A stretch of DNA of 64,000 nucleotides from Calditrichaceae bacterium (GTDB lineage Bacteria; Calditrichota; Calditrichia; Calditrichales; JBFXGD01): positions 64,001 through 128,000 of the forward strand of contig JBFXLE010000009.1 in assembly GCA_050173015.1 (NCBI GenBank). The letters run 5' to 3'. The stretch's first letter is position 1. Each line of letters starts with the position of its first letter. The translations under genes were made by a program, and so were the position numbers. The notes below the pieces were generated by a model. That model saw nothing but the letters and a program-made list of their open reading frames with translations, ran no database searches and was not told where the DNA came from. This document shows positions 52,701 to 62,700 of this stretch, piece by piece.

Positions 52701-53312
52701 ATGCCCGATAAATTTCAAAACAAATACCGCATACCATCGGCACGATTGCAAACATGGGATTATGGAAGCAATGGAACCTATTTTATAACCATTTGCACCC
52801 AAAACCGTGAACATTATTTTGGTGAAATTACAGACGGTAATATGATATTATCCGAAATAGGAATTTTGGCGAACAAATATTGGAATGAAATACCAGAACA
52901 TTTTCCATTTGTCAATTTGGATGAATTTGTGGTAATGCCCAACCACGTGCATGGGATTATTATCATTGATAAACCCGATGATGGACGGGATGATGGGCGG
53001 GACGTTGGACGGGACGTTGGACGGGACGTAGAGACGCCCAAATTGGGCGTCTCTACCAATACCAATACCAATACCAATACCAATCATCAAACCGCCACGG
53101 CATCCGAAAAATGGAAACCGGCATCATTGGGGGTAATTATCAACCAATATAAACGAATGGCAACCATTAAATCGCGTAAAATCCACGCTGATTTTGGTTG
53201 GCAATCCCGTTTTTACGACCAGATCATACGAAACAACGAATCGTATGAAAAAATCAGAAATTATATTGTCAACAACCCATTGAAATGGGAAGAAGATAAA
53301 TTTTACAATTAA
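52701..53312 (+). CDS. REP-associated tyrosine transposase (RAYT, Y1 HUH family)
   Basis: SARLQTWDY...YFITICT, VVMPNHVHGII (HUH), WQSRFYDQIIRN...YIVNNP. Confidence 0.92.
   Translation: MPDKFQNKYRIPSARLQTWDYGSNGTYFITICTQNREHYFGEITDGNMILSEIGILANKYWNEIPEHFPFVNLDEFVVMPNHVHGIIIIDKPDDGRDDGRDVGRDVGRDVETPKLGVSTNTNTNTNTNHQTATASEKWKPASLGVIINQYKRMATIKSRKIHADFGWQSRFYDQIIRNNESYEKIRNYIVNNPLKWEEDKFYN
53028..53056. repeat. GTAG-type REP palindrome in frame inside the RAYT gene
   Basis: GTAGAGACGCCCAA-A-TTGGGCGTCTCTAC (VETPKLGVST), flanked by 12-bp and 6-bp tandem repeats. Confidence 0.88.
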
Positions 53313-53327
53313 ATTGAAAGAAATAAT

Positions 53328-54848
53328 ATGTCAGAAAGTGCAATAGTATCAAAAGTGTGGAATTTCGCCAATGTTCTTAGAGACGATGGAGTGGGTTATG
53401 GTGATTATTTAGAGCAAATCACCTATTTGCTTTTCCTAAAAATGGCAGACGAACTTAACAAACCGCCCTACAATAAAGGTTTAAAATTTCCGAAACTCAA
53501 AAATGCTGAGGGTGTTGAATTGCCCGATGCCGAAACCTGCGACTGGCAAACGCTGTCGCAAAAACGTGGTTTGGAATTGGAAAATTTTTACAACCAAATG
53601 CTACGAAGTTTGGGAAGCGAAAAAGGAACGTTGGGGCAAATTTTCGTAAAAAGTCAAAACAAAATACAAGACCCATCAAAACTCTTAAAAATCATTGATA
53701 TGATTGATAAAGAGCAATGGAGCTTAATGGGAACCGATGTAAAAGGGAAAATTTACGAAGGTCTTTTAGAGAAAAATGCCGAAGACACCAAAAGCGGTGC
53801 AGGGCAATATTTTACGCCTCGTTCGCTCATCAAAACAATGGTGGCTTGTGTTCGTCCCAAACCCATGAAAACCATTATAGACCCTGCTTGTGGCACTGGC
53901 GGTTTCTTTTTGGCAGCTTACGATTATATCAAAAGTCAGAATTTAGACCAGGAAGAAAAGGAGTTTTTGAAAAACAAAACTTTCTACGGAAACGAAATTG
54001 TAGCCAATACACGCAGAATGTGTTTGATGAACATGTTTTTGCACAACATTGGCGAAATTGATGGCGAAACACTCATTTCTTCAGCTGATGCTTTGGTTTC
54101 GGACAATGGCATACGCTACGATTATGTGCTGGCAAATCCGCCTTTTGGTAAAAAAAGCAGTATGACCATTACCAACGAAGAGGGCAAACTGGAAAAGCAG
54201 GATTATACTATCAATCGTCAGGATTTTGTGGCTACCACAGCCAACAAGCAACTAAACTTTTTGCAACACATAAAAACGCTTTTAAAACTCACAGGCGAAG
54301 CAGCCGTTGTACTTCCCGATAATGTTTTGTTTGAGGGCGGAGCAGGCGAAACGGTTCGGAAAGAATTGATGAAAACAACCGAATTGCATACAATTTTAAG
54401 ACTTCCAACAGGTATATTTTACGCACAAGGTGTAAAAGCAAATGTTTTGTTTTTCGACAACAAACCAGCTTCAAAAGAGGCTTGGACAAAAGATGTTTGG
54501 ATTTATGATTATCGAAGTAACATAAGCCACACATTAAAGAAAAACCCAATGCGATTTGAGCATCTACAGGAATTCGTAAAACTCTACAATCCCGAAAACC
54601 GAAATAAAAGAACAGAAACGTGGAGCGAAACAAATCCCGAAGGCAGATGGAGAAAGTATAGTTATGCTGAAATCATTGAACGAGATAAAACCAACTTGGA
54701 TATATTTTGGATTAAAGACAAAAGCTTAACCGACTTAGATAATTTACCCGACCCCGATATTTTGGCAAACGAAATCATTGAAAACATTGAAGCCGGATTA
54801 AATAGTTTTAAAGAAATAATGGAAACAATAAACGGAGATGAAAGCTAA
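53328..54848 (+). CDS. hsdM: Type I restriction-modification N6-adenine methyltransferase (cassette 5)
   Basis: GQYFTPR, DPACGTGGF, NPPF, LRLPTGIF. Confidence 0.96.
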   Translation: MSESAIVSKVWNFANVLRDDGVGYGDYLEQITYLLFLKMADELNKPPYNKGLKFPKLKNAEGVELPDAETCDWQTLSQKRGLELENFYNQMLRSLGSEKGTLGQIFVKSQNKIQDPSKLLKIIDMIDKEQWSLMGTDVKGKIYEGLLEKNAEDTKSGAGQYFTPRSLIKTMVACVRPKPMKTIIDPACGTGGFFLAAYDYIKSQNLDQEEKEFLKNKTFYGNEIVANTRRMCLMNMFLHNIGEIDGETLISSADALVSDNGIRYDYVLANPPFGKKSSMTITNEEGKLEKQDYTINRQDFVATTANKQLNFLQHIKTLLKLTGEAAVVLPDNVLFEGGAGETVRKELMKTTELHTILRLPTGIFYAQGVKANVLFFDNKPASKEAWTKDVWIYDYRSNISHTLKKNPMRFEHLQEFVKLYNPENRNKRTETWSETNPEGRWRKYSYAEIIERDKTNLDIFWIKDKSLTDLDNLPDPDILANEIIENIEAGLNSFKEIMETINGDES

Positions 54849-54863
54849 GCCCAGCCCAAAAAC

Positions 54864-54921
54864 CATACACATTTGCAATTCGCGCGAGCCAACGCTTGAC
54901 CAAAAATTGCAAAAGAGTATG
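54864..54921 (+). repeat. Inner hairpin motif H2 (3' end of cassette 5)
   Basis: CATAC-ACA-TTTGCAATT ... AATTGCAAA-AGA-GTATG. Confidence 0.75.
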
Positions 54922-54990
54922 TCTTGCCAACGCACGGACAGAGAATGCAGCAAAAATGAAAGATAAATTGGCTGGAAAAATAAACAACGA

Positions 54991-55123
54991 AACGCTAACA
55001 CGCGGTATAAAACATTGGGGTTTAAGTATTTATTCGAGCGTTCTACCCCGCATCAAGTTCGGTGTAACTCGACAGGATAGTAGCCCGCAATCCCTTACGA
55101 GTCATACACTCAAAGTTAGTTCC
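54991..55123 (+). repeat. attC-like site 5
   Basis: AACGCTAAC...GTTAGTTCC; shares CCCGCAATCCCTTAC with site 3 and CGCAATCCCTTAC with site 7. Confidence 0.82.
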
Positions 55124-55179
55124 AAGCCTAAAAAATAGAAACAACAAGAATAAAATATTTGCCAAAAGGATGAAAATAG

Positions 55180-55361
55180 AACGCCGCCTATGCGGCGTTA
55201 TTGTTTTGCAACGCGGTTGCTTGCACAGGATAGGGATTTAAGGTATATTCAGGAGTAGTTAGGTCATAATCGTTCCGGGACTACTGAAATTTGCGCACAT
55301 CTCAAAAAAGTCTATTGATAAAAACAGTAATCCTACGGATGATATCTTTGAAAGGGATTAG
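55180..55361 (+). pseudogene. Tyrosine recombinase C-terminal remnant, copy 3
   Basis: TPPMRRYCFATRLLAQDRDLRYIQE*LGHNRSGTTEICAH: the catalytic Tyr position reads Cys. Confidence 0.87.
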
Positions 55362-55377
55362 ATAATTGTAAAAGAAA

Positions 55378-55451
55378 TATATAAACAATTGTTCATACAC
55401 CGCCAATTTGGGCGGATAAGAACAATAGAATATATACGAACGTTGTGTGGC
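55378..55451 (+). repeat. attI-like site, copy 3
   Basis: TATATAAACAATTGTTCATACACCGCCAATTTGGGCGGATAAGAACAATAGAATATATACGAAC then GTTGTGTGGC (55442). Confidence 0.7.
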
Positions 55452-55484
55452 ATTAGAAGTAACTTACATAAAAAAGGGTGACTT

Positions 55485-56072
55485 ATGGAAATAAAATTTG
55501 ATGTGGAAATACAAGATGAAGAGAAAGAACTTCTGAAAACGATATTACATTGTGATAATGATGAAGACTTAAATAATCTCTTGAATAAATTAGGCCGTTC
55601 TTCATTTGAAGATATTAGAAGAATGACAATTGGACAAAAAGTATTTACTCGTGGAAGAGATATTTTAGAATATCGGTTATTTAATTTAATAAAGTTTTTC
55701 TTCGATGGGAAAATACCAGACGAACAAAAAATATGTGATTTATTCCAAATAACGGCAACTGAAAGTCGAGCATTTATTCGCTCAATAATGTCAAAGTATC
55801 AATATGACTTAAAAGAAACAATATCTTCAACATTAAAAGAACAAGTAGAAAATATTCAAAAAGAAGAAAATGAAGAAGTTTATAAACTTTCCATTCAAAA
55901 CCAGTATTTCAAAGATGAATTAAATAGAATATTAGGAACAATAGACACAAGTTTACCGATTATTGAAAAAGAGCGGGGAACTATTTCTACTTATGTAATT
56001 CAAACATCATCTTACCAGAAGTTATGTGAACATTTTGGCATTGAACTAGAAGAAGAAAACAATGAAAACTGA
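55485..56072 (+). CDS. Hypothetical protein with possible HTH (cassette 6)
   Basis: 195 aa; PDEQKICDLFQITATESRAFIR is HTH-like. Confidence 0.75.
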   Translation: MEIKFDVEIQDEEKELLKTILHCDNDEDLNNLLNKLGRSSFEDIRRMTIGQKVFTRGRDILEYRLFNLIKFFFDGKIPDEQKICDLFQITATESRAFIRSIMSKYQYDLKETISSTLKEQVENIQKEENEEVYKLSIQNQYFKDELNRILGTIDTSLPIIEKERGTISTYVIQTSSYQKLCEHFGIELEEENNEN

Positions 56073-56481
56073 TTTACCTAATTTATTAACTGCATCAAGT
56101 ATTCTATTGGGAATTATTACTGCATTATATGGTTTATTTTTTCCTGCGATTAATTCAATTTTAGTAATAAAATCTAAGCCCCATAAGGTTGATAATAAGA
56201 AGGCCTACAGTGAAAGCAAGGATATTATAAAAGCAAAATATATTCCATTATTAATTGGTTCGTTAGTAATTACATTGATAAACATACCAGAGCTGTTTTC
56301 TCAATTAAGAAATAGTTTTGTTGCAATAAAAACTAGTGGAATAGAGAACACAACATATGATACGTTAACAGCATCATTTATTGTCGTTTGCCTTTTTATG
56401 ATTTTCATTACGATAATGATGATAGCAACTGGTTTTAAGTTAAGAAAGAAAATAAAAGAACTTAATCCAAATGAACAATAA
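56062..56481 (+). CDS. Hypothetical membrane protein, about three TM helices (cassette 6)
   Basis: 139 aa, overlaps the upstream gene; stop lies 1 bp before attC-like site 6. Confidence 0.78.
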   Translation: MKTDLPNLLTASSILLGIITALYGLFFPAINSILVIKSKPHKVDNKKAYSESKDIIKAKYIPLLIGSLVITLINIPELFSQLRNSFVAIKTSGIENTTYDTLTASFIVVCLFMIFITIMMIATGFKLRKKIKELNPNEQ

Positions 56482-56482
56482 C

Positions 56483-56619
56483 GCCACACAACAAAAAATA
56501 TAGTGCATTTGGCAGATGGTGCTAAAAATGAAAATGATTGCAATAAATGAACATAGTAGTAAATTGAAAGCTTGGAGCGTTGAAATGCCAAACGCACCAT
56601 ATTCAAACCGTTGTATGCC
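56483..56619 (+). repeat. attC-like site 6
   Basis: GCCACACAAC...GTTGTATGCC; arms AATATAGTGCATTTGGCA / TGCCAAACGCACCATATT. Confidence 0.85.
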
Positions 56620-56643
56620 ATGCTGGAAACGAGCTAACCGCAC

Positions 56644-56705
56644 AAATAGCACATTTGGTTATTGCTGACACAAAAGCAAAGGCTGAAAAACTAAAAGAGC
56701 TATTT
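56644..56705 (+). repeat. Inner hairpin motif H3 (5' end of cassette 7)
   Basis: AAATAGC-ACA-TTTGGTT ... AACTAAA-AGA-GCTATTT; homologous to H1. Confidence 0.75.
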
Positions 56706-56737
56706 TATTGTCAAACGCACATAGACTAAAACTAAAA

Positions 56738-59700
56738 ATGAATGAAGAAATAGTATCAGCAAGTGGAGAAAGAGCAGCAATGGGAGGCTATTTGCCTCAA
56801 TTTGATGAGTTCGCTTGGTTTGTCTATTTGAATCTAATAAATAAAAAGCTTGAATGGATACGAATAGCAGACTCCAAGGCTGAAAAACTAGATGATATAC
56901 AGTATTCTACTCATTCAGAAATTCATGCATACCAAGTAAAATGGACTATCGCTGATGCAAATATATCATTTGCAAATTTTACGGATTTGTTTCCTCTTAT
57001 CACCTCTAGTTGGAAGAGTTTAAAAACAGCTAATCCTAGCAAAAAAATAATTCCTCATTTAATCACTAACAAACCTATTTCCTCCCACGACAGCTTAAAG
57101 GTAGGCGATACAAAAATCGGTTCATTTCAAGACTTCGTCTCAGAAGTTTGGGTAAAGCTAAAATCAAATCAATCAATTGATGATAAGTGGAAACAAGTTC
57201 TTGAGGAACTCAAAAAGAGTTCAAAACTCAATGATTCTGAATTTGGAGAATTTATCATCTCTTTTGATTTTCAACCAGACTATAAACAAAAACAGTTTAG
57301 TATAGGAAATATTAAATACTCTAAAGAAGACGAAGACCTTCAACAGATCAGTCGATATATAGTACAAAAAGTTGCTAGCCCGAAAAGAGTCGTTGAATTT
57401 ACTCGCCAAGAAATTATTAAAGAATTAGGTTGGTCTGATAGATTTAAAACAATTTTTAATCACGAGTTAATAGTCGATAGACAAAGATACCAGCCGATTC
57501 AATCGACAATTGACCTGTTAAATTCAAAGTTAGAGGAGCATAAAAATGGATACCTGTTTTTGCTAGGTGGCCCAGGTTCTGGAAAATCTACCTTATTGAA
57601 TCAATGGTCAAAAGGCCTTAAAACACGAATAATACGATACTACGCCTTTGATTTCGTTAATCCATCTTCACACTTAAACTTTTATGAAAGAGGAAATGCT
57701 ACCCATCTTTTTTTCGATTTAGTTTTTCAATTAAAGGAAGCTGGAATATATAAAAGAGACATTCTTCCATATAAAGACTTACTTTTTCTAAAAGATGTAT
57801 TCAATGAGCAATTAAGTGCAATTGGAGAGGACTTTGTGACAAATGGTCAATCGACCATAATATTGATTGATGGTCTAGATCATGTTCCTAGGGAATACAA
57901 ATCAACAACTAATAGTTTCCTACGAGAACTTCCTTTACCATCTTCTCTCCCAAACGGGGTCTTCATCATTTTAGGTAGTCAATCTTATGAACTTGAAGAC
58001 ATTCAACAGGAAATTAAAACTGAATTTCAGAAAGGAAATAGAACCATTCAAATTGATCCACTTAAAAAGGAGGAAGTATACAAGTACATTGATAATCTTG
58101 ATACTTCAATTCAACTTAATGGTTCTCAAAAGCTGCAAATATTTGAGAAATCAGAAGGACACCCGTTATACCTGTCATACTTAATTGAAAAAATCAATAA
58201 CGCAGATTCTATTAACGATACAATCGAATCTTTTGAAGTTATTGATGGTAGTATTGATAATTATTACAAAAAAATATGGGAGCCTATCCAGAAAGAAGAT
58301 AGCCAAATTCAATTCTTAGGTTTAATTGCGAGAATTAATGGTTTGATCAAACTTCAGTTCATTCAGGAATGGGACTTCCAACCGAGTGTTTTAAAGTCCT
58401 TTCGTGAAAAGGCCAGATTTCTGTTTAATGAAACCGAAAAAACTTTGTCTTTCTTTCATAATTCGTTCAAGCAATTCCTTCTTCATCATACCTCTTTAAA
58501 TTACTTAACAGATGAGTTTGATCCGACAATTAACGTCAATTATCATAGTCAACTTACTGATTATTATGTAAAATCAGAGATTGAAAAATCCTGGAAACAG
58601 AATCATCACCTATTTCAGGCTAAACAATATGATAAGTTTATTTCAGAAGTTACCCCAAATAGTATTACTGAACAGTTACTTAACTTCAGACCAGCAGAAG
58701 AAATTAAGCAGGATGCAAAATTGGGAGTTGAAATAGCAAGACAGAATAAGGACATTAATACTCTGGTAAGATATCTGTTTTCATTAGCAGAAATTGAAAG
58801 AAGATTATTCAATATTGATCCCACATCCTTTATAGAAGAACTTTTGTACCTAAATAAATACGACTTAGCAAGGGATTATCTAAGAACTGGCAACACCCTC
58901 CATTGTAGCGAATCGTACGCATTTAAAGCATGTCGATTGTTTATTGAATCTGGGCACAAATCAGAAGGAGCAACTTTATACAATTTGGCTTATCCAGAAA
59001 TCATTACAGATTCCGGGATACATATTGATGATTCTCACAGATATGAAGAAATAAGAGATTCTTTAGAAGAATGGATTTATACTTCTCCCTATTTTGAAGC
59101 AACCGAGAATATTTTCTCAATAATTGAGAAAATTCAATTCTCAGGTAGCATACGGAAAAACAGGTTTGAAGAAGAAGAATCTGATTTACTTTTAAGGTTA
59201 CTCTCTAATCTTGGTTATAGTTTAGTGGATCAAAACAAGTGGGATGATTTTAATAAAGTCATAGAAAAAATAGATTCGAGGTCTTCAAGAGGAAGGAATT
59301 CTCTTTTCCAACTTATAAAGTACGCTATCGAGCAATGCCTTGACTTAAAAGATAGTAGTCGAGTGAATGAATATCTGTCATTTTTAACCACTCATTTCAC
59401 AAAAGAGAAGACAAAATCCATTGGCAAAATATTCATTGCAGATTTAGTCTATAAAGTCACTAGAGACCTAAATGAAACATATAGTTGGATTAAGGAAGTT
59501 GAGCAACCATCTAATGTGGGTAAAGACCAGCTAGGATATGATGATTCGTTAGACGCCTTTCTTCCATTAATCAAACTTAACAAGTTACTTAACCTATGTG
59601 GAAAAGGAGTTTCGATTACGTCTGCAATTCCATCTGTTGCGAAAGGTACTGATGAAGAAGTTTTAGTGGAGTTTGAACGAATGTTATGTATTACCACTCA

Positions 59701-62700
59701 AATTCTAGCCGAGGGCATTCTTCAAACACCAATGCCAGGTGATCCTATTAAAAGAGTATTTCCAATTGTTCGGTTTTATTACAAAGAAATATCCCACCGA
59801 AACAGCTATTGGTATAAGCTGACACAAGCAAAAGGCCAATATTATGATTTTTTGATTTCGGCGGTGTCTGAATTGGGTACTGAAAAATTAGAATTATTAG
59901 GAGATTATTTGTTCAGTGAGTTTAAGAATATTCCAAAATATTGGAGTACAAGTGTCCAGCGGAAAATCATTAAATCCCTCTTGAATAAAGGGTTTAATGC
60001 TAAAAAAGCAGTAATAAAGTTGAGATCCATAGAGGATTCCATGTTGGAAGGTCACGATATAGATGGCCGTATAACCGAATGCTTGGCCCACTCAAAAGTA
60101 TGGTTCATTTTAGGCAAGCTAGATGAAGGTGAAATATGGCTCAAACAGGCTATTCAAGAATCTATTGGAGTAGGATATAGAAAAGATTATCAATTTAGTA
60201 CATGGATTGAATGGTTAAGAAAAATAAACCATAAAGACCCATCAAAAGCTACTGAAAGAATAAAGTGGTTCTTATCTCATTTAAAACATATTAAAGAAAC
60301 CACGGAGGGAAGGGCTTATTGGAATGCTTCTGAAGAATTATTAGAAGTCGCATATGAACACAATCTGGAAGATGGCTTAGAGCAGGCTATTTGGCAATTA
60401 AAGAACGATCTAATAGACTTTAAAGATTCAATTGCTCTTTTCATAAAATATTTTATGATAAAAACAAAAAGTAAAGAAGAGTTCAAAAGTATTGTTCAAC
60501 TATATAGTGATTTATATCTGCTTCTTGCTGAATCTGCCAATTCTTCCCTGCTCAAATCTATCTTAGAAAAAGGGCATGAAATTTTAAAAGAAGATTTTTT
60601 AGTAGAACATGCTCAAGCCATTATTTCGGCAATAGAAATTAAAGCTTACGAAGAAACCAGACATTACTTACTATCTGAAATTGATAACTTCTATACATCA
60701 AAAGGGCTAAAAGCAGAAGACTATTATTCACGGTTTAATATACCGGCAAAAAGCGAAAGAAATAGTTCATCAACATCTTCTAACACATTGACTTTAAAGA
60801 CAGATCATGAAAAGATTGATGAAAGTGAAGTACTAAAACGAGTTACAAATTTTGAAGATTTCAAAAAAATCATTCAAGAAGAAGATCAGGCAAATTCATT
60901 TTTTAATTGGTCAAAGGTTATAGATAAAATAGCTCCATTATTGTCTTCAAGTCAAATTGAAGAAATCACCAAACTGGCTAGAATAGGAAGGAGAGAGTCA
61001 GATTTCTATGCTAAATTAAGTGAGGCTGCCTTGGAGCTAGAAAACACAGAACTCGCAACTAGTTTAGCCAATAAAAGTATTGAGTTATCGAGCGAATCGG
61101 GGTGGGTAAAATATTATGATGGAGGAACAAGAATCAATGCATTTAATGCACTAAAACGAATCAATCCTGCAATATCATCTAATAAGGCATTTGAAGTATT
61201 TGCTCATGATATAGTAACCAGTAATTATCCAAGTTCATATATCGAACATCTTGAAGACATCGTTCCACTTTTAACAGAAAATTATGTTGAGGAAGAGCTT
61301 TGGCATGAAATATATGGTTACCTGCAAAGACTGATGTCGAATAGTAAACCGGTTGAGGATTTACCTGTTCTTCCATCATTAAATCGTCCAATCATAGAAA
61401 CCTTAGTCGATTATATGGTGTATTTATCACAGAGTCCCGTCTCAATAATAAAGGAGCAATCTTTACAGCTATTGGCAAAATATATAAATCAAGATAATGA
61501 CTATGCTTTGACTCAATTACTGAATGGACGTTTAGATGATTACTCAAGTATGAACGTGATGATGAAATTAACTGCGTTCAACTCCCCCAAAGTCCATTTG
61601 CTTAAATCAAAGATCAATAGTTTAGCTATATCAAATGACTATCAATTAAGAGAAAGCTCAAAACAAATACTTTCCTCAATTCAAGAAGAAATTCCAACTC
61701 CCAAAAACATCGAATTATCTAAAGTATACTCTTTCCATATTCCAGAAACTGAAAAACCAGATTTTAGAAAAGAGATTGACCCTTATTTCCCAGAAGTTGA
61801 TACTAATGACCCCCGTGATCTGATACGACCATTTGAATTTTTAATCAAAATCTTATCTGAGGAGTCTGGGATTAATGAATCTAACCTTATATATAGAGCC
61901 TACTCGATCATGAAAGAAATTGGTCGAGAGGAGGAATGGTCCGTTGAGTATGAAAAAAAGCTTAGAAATCATTTAGAAGAAATTTACCTAAGATACTCTT
62001 ACCCTAGACCAAGGGTAATTGCGGCTCGAAGAGCCATAATGCATGTCACCAATGAATTAATAGATTCTGGAACAATTGATGATGAGCGAATTCAGAAACC
62101 TTTTATATCACATGATTATGCGGTTCTGTTTTTTAATGAAATAGCAAAACCTGAATTCATTCAAACTATTAAAGAGAGAGATTTTGGAGGAGTTGGCAAT
62201 GATTGGTTAGATCGAATAGGTGAATCAGAAAGATTAAACGAATCAATATTAGACTATAATGATAACTTCAAGATTATTGCAGAATATAATCAAGTTAAAA
62301 ATTTAGATTGGGGTTCTCCTACTGAAGAATACATGTACCAAATTGCGGTTAATGAGGAGTTGGATGAAGAAGATAATTACATTTTTGGCTCTGTTTTTCA
62401 CCAATTAAGCAGTAACTATCATGATTTGAGAAGTGGTGGACATTTTATTGTTGTAGTCAGGGATCATAGATTTGACCAATTTGATCTGAAATCTAAGTGG
62501 ATTGCAATTAACCCTGTTTTGGCTAGATACTTAGGATGGGAGCCTGAAACAACCAAATTATTTGCTTGGAAAAACTCGCAAGGTGAATTGATGGCGGAAT
62601 CAATTTATTGGTCAAATGGAAATATTAACATGACACCTCGTAAGGATGGAGAAGTCGGGGAAGGGTGGTTTGTTATTGTTTCCAAAGATGGATTAGAGAA

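Noticed and set aside
52464-53090. Low-complexity ORFs around the RAYT (52464-52814, 52561-52788, 52814-53083, 52848-53090)
   Set aside because: Products of REP palindromes and microsatellites read in other frames.
54896-55138. Short ORFs over att sites and hairpins (54896-55138, 62806-63051, 46053-46256, 47982-48173, 56301-56652)
   Set aside because: They coincide with structured non-coding repeats and are best explained as chance frames.
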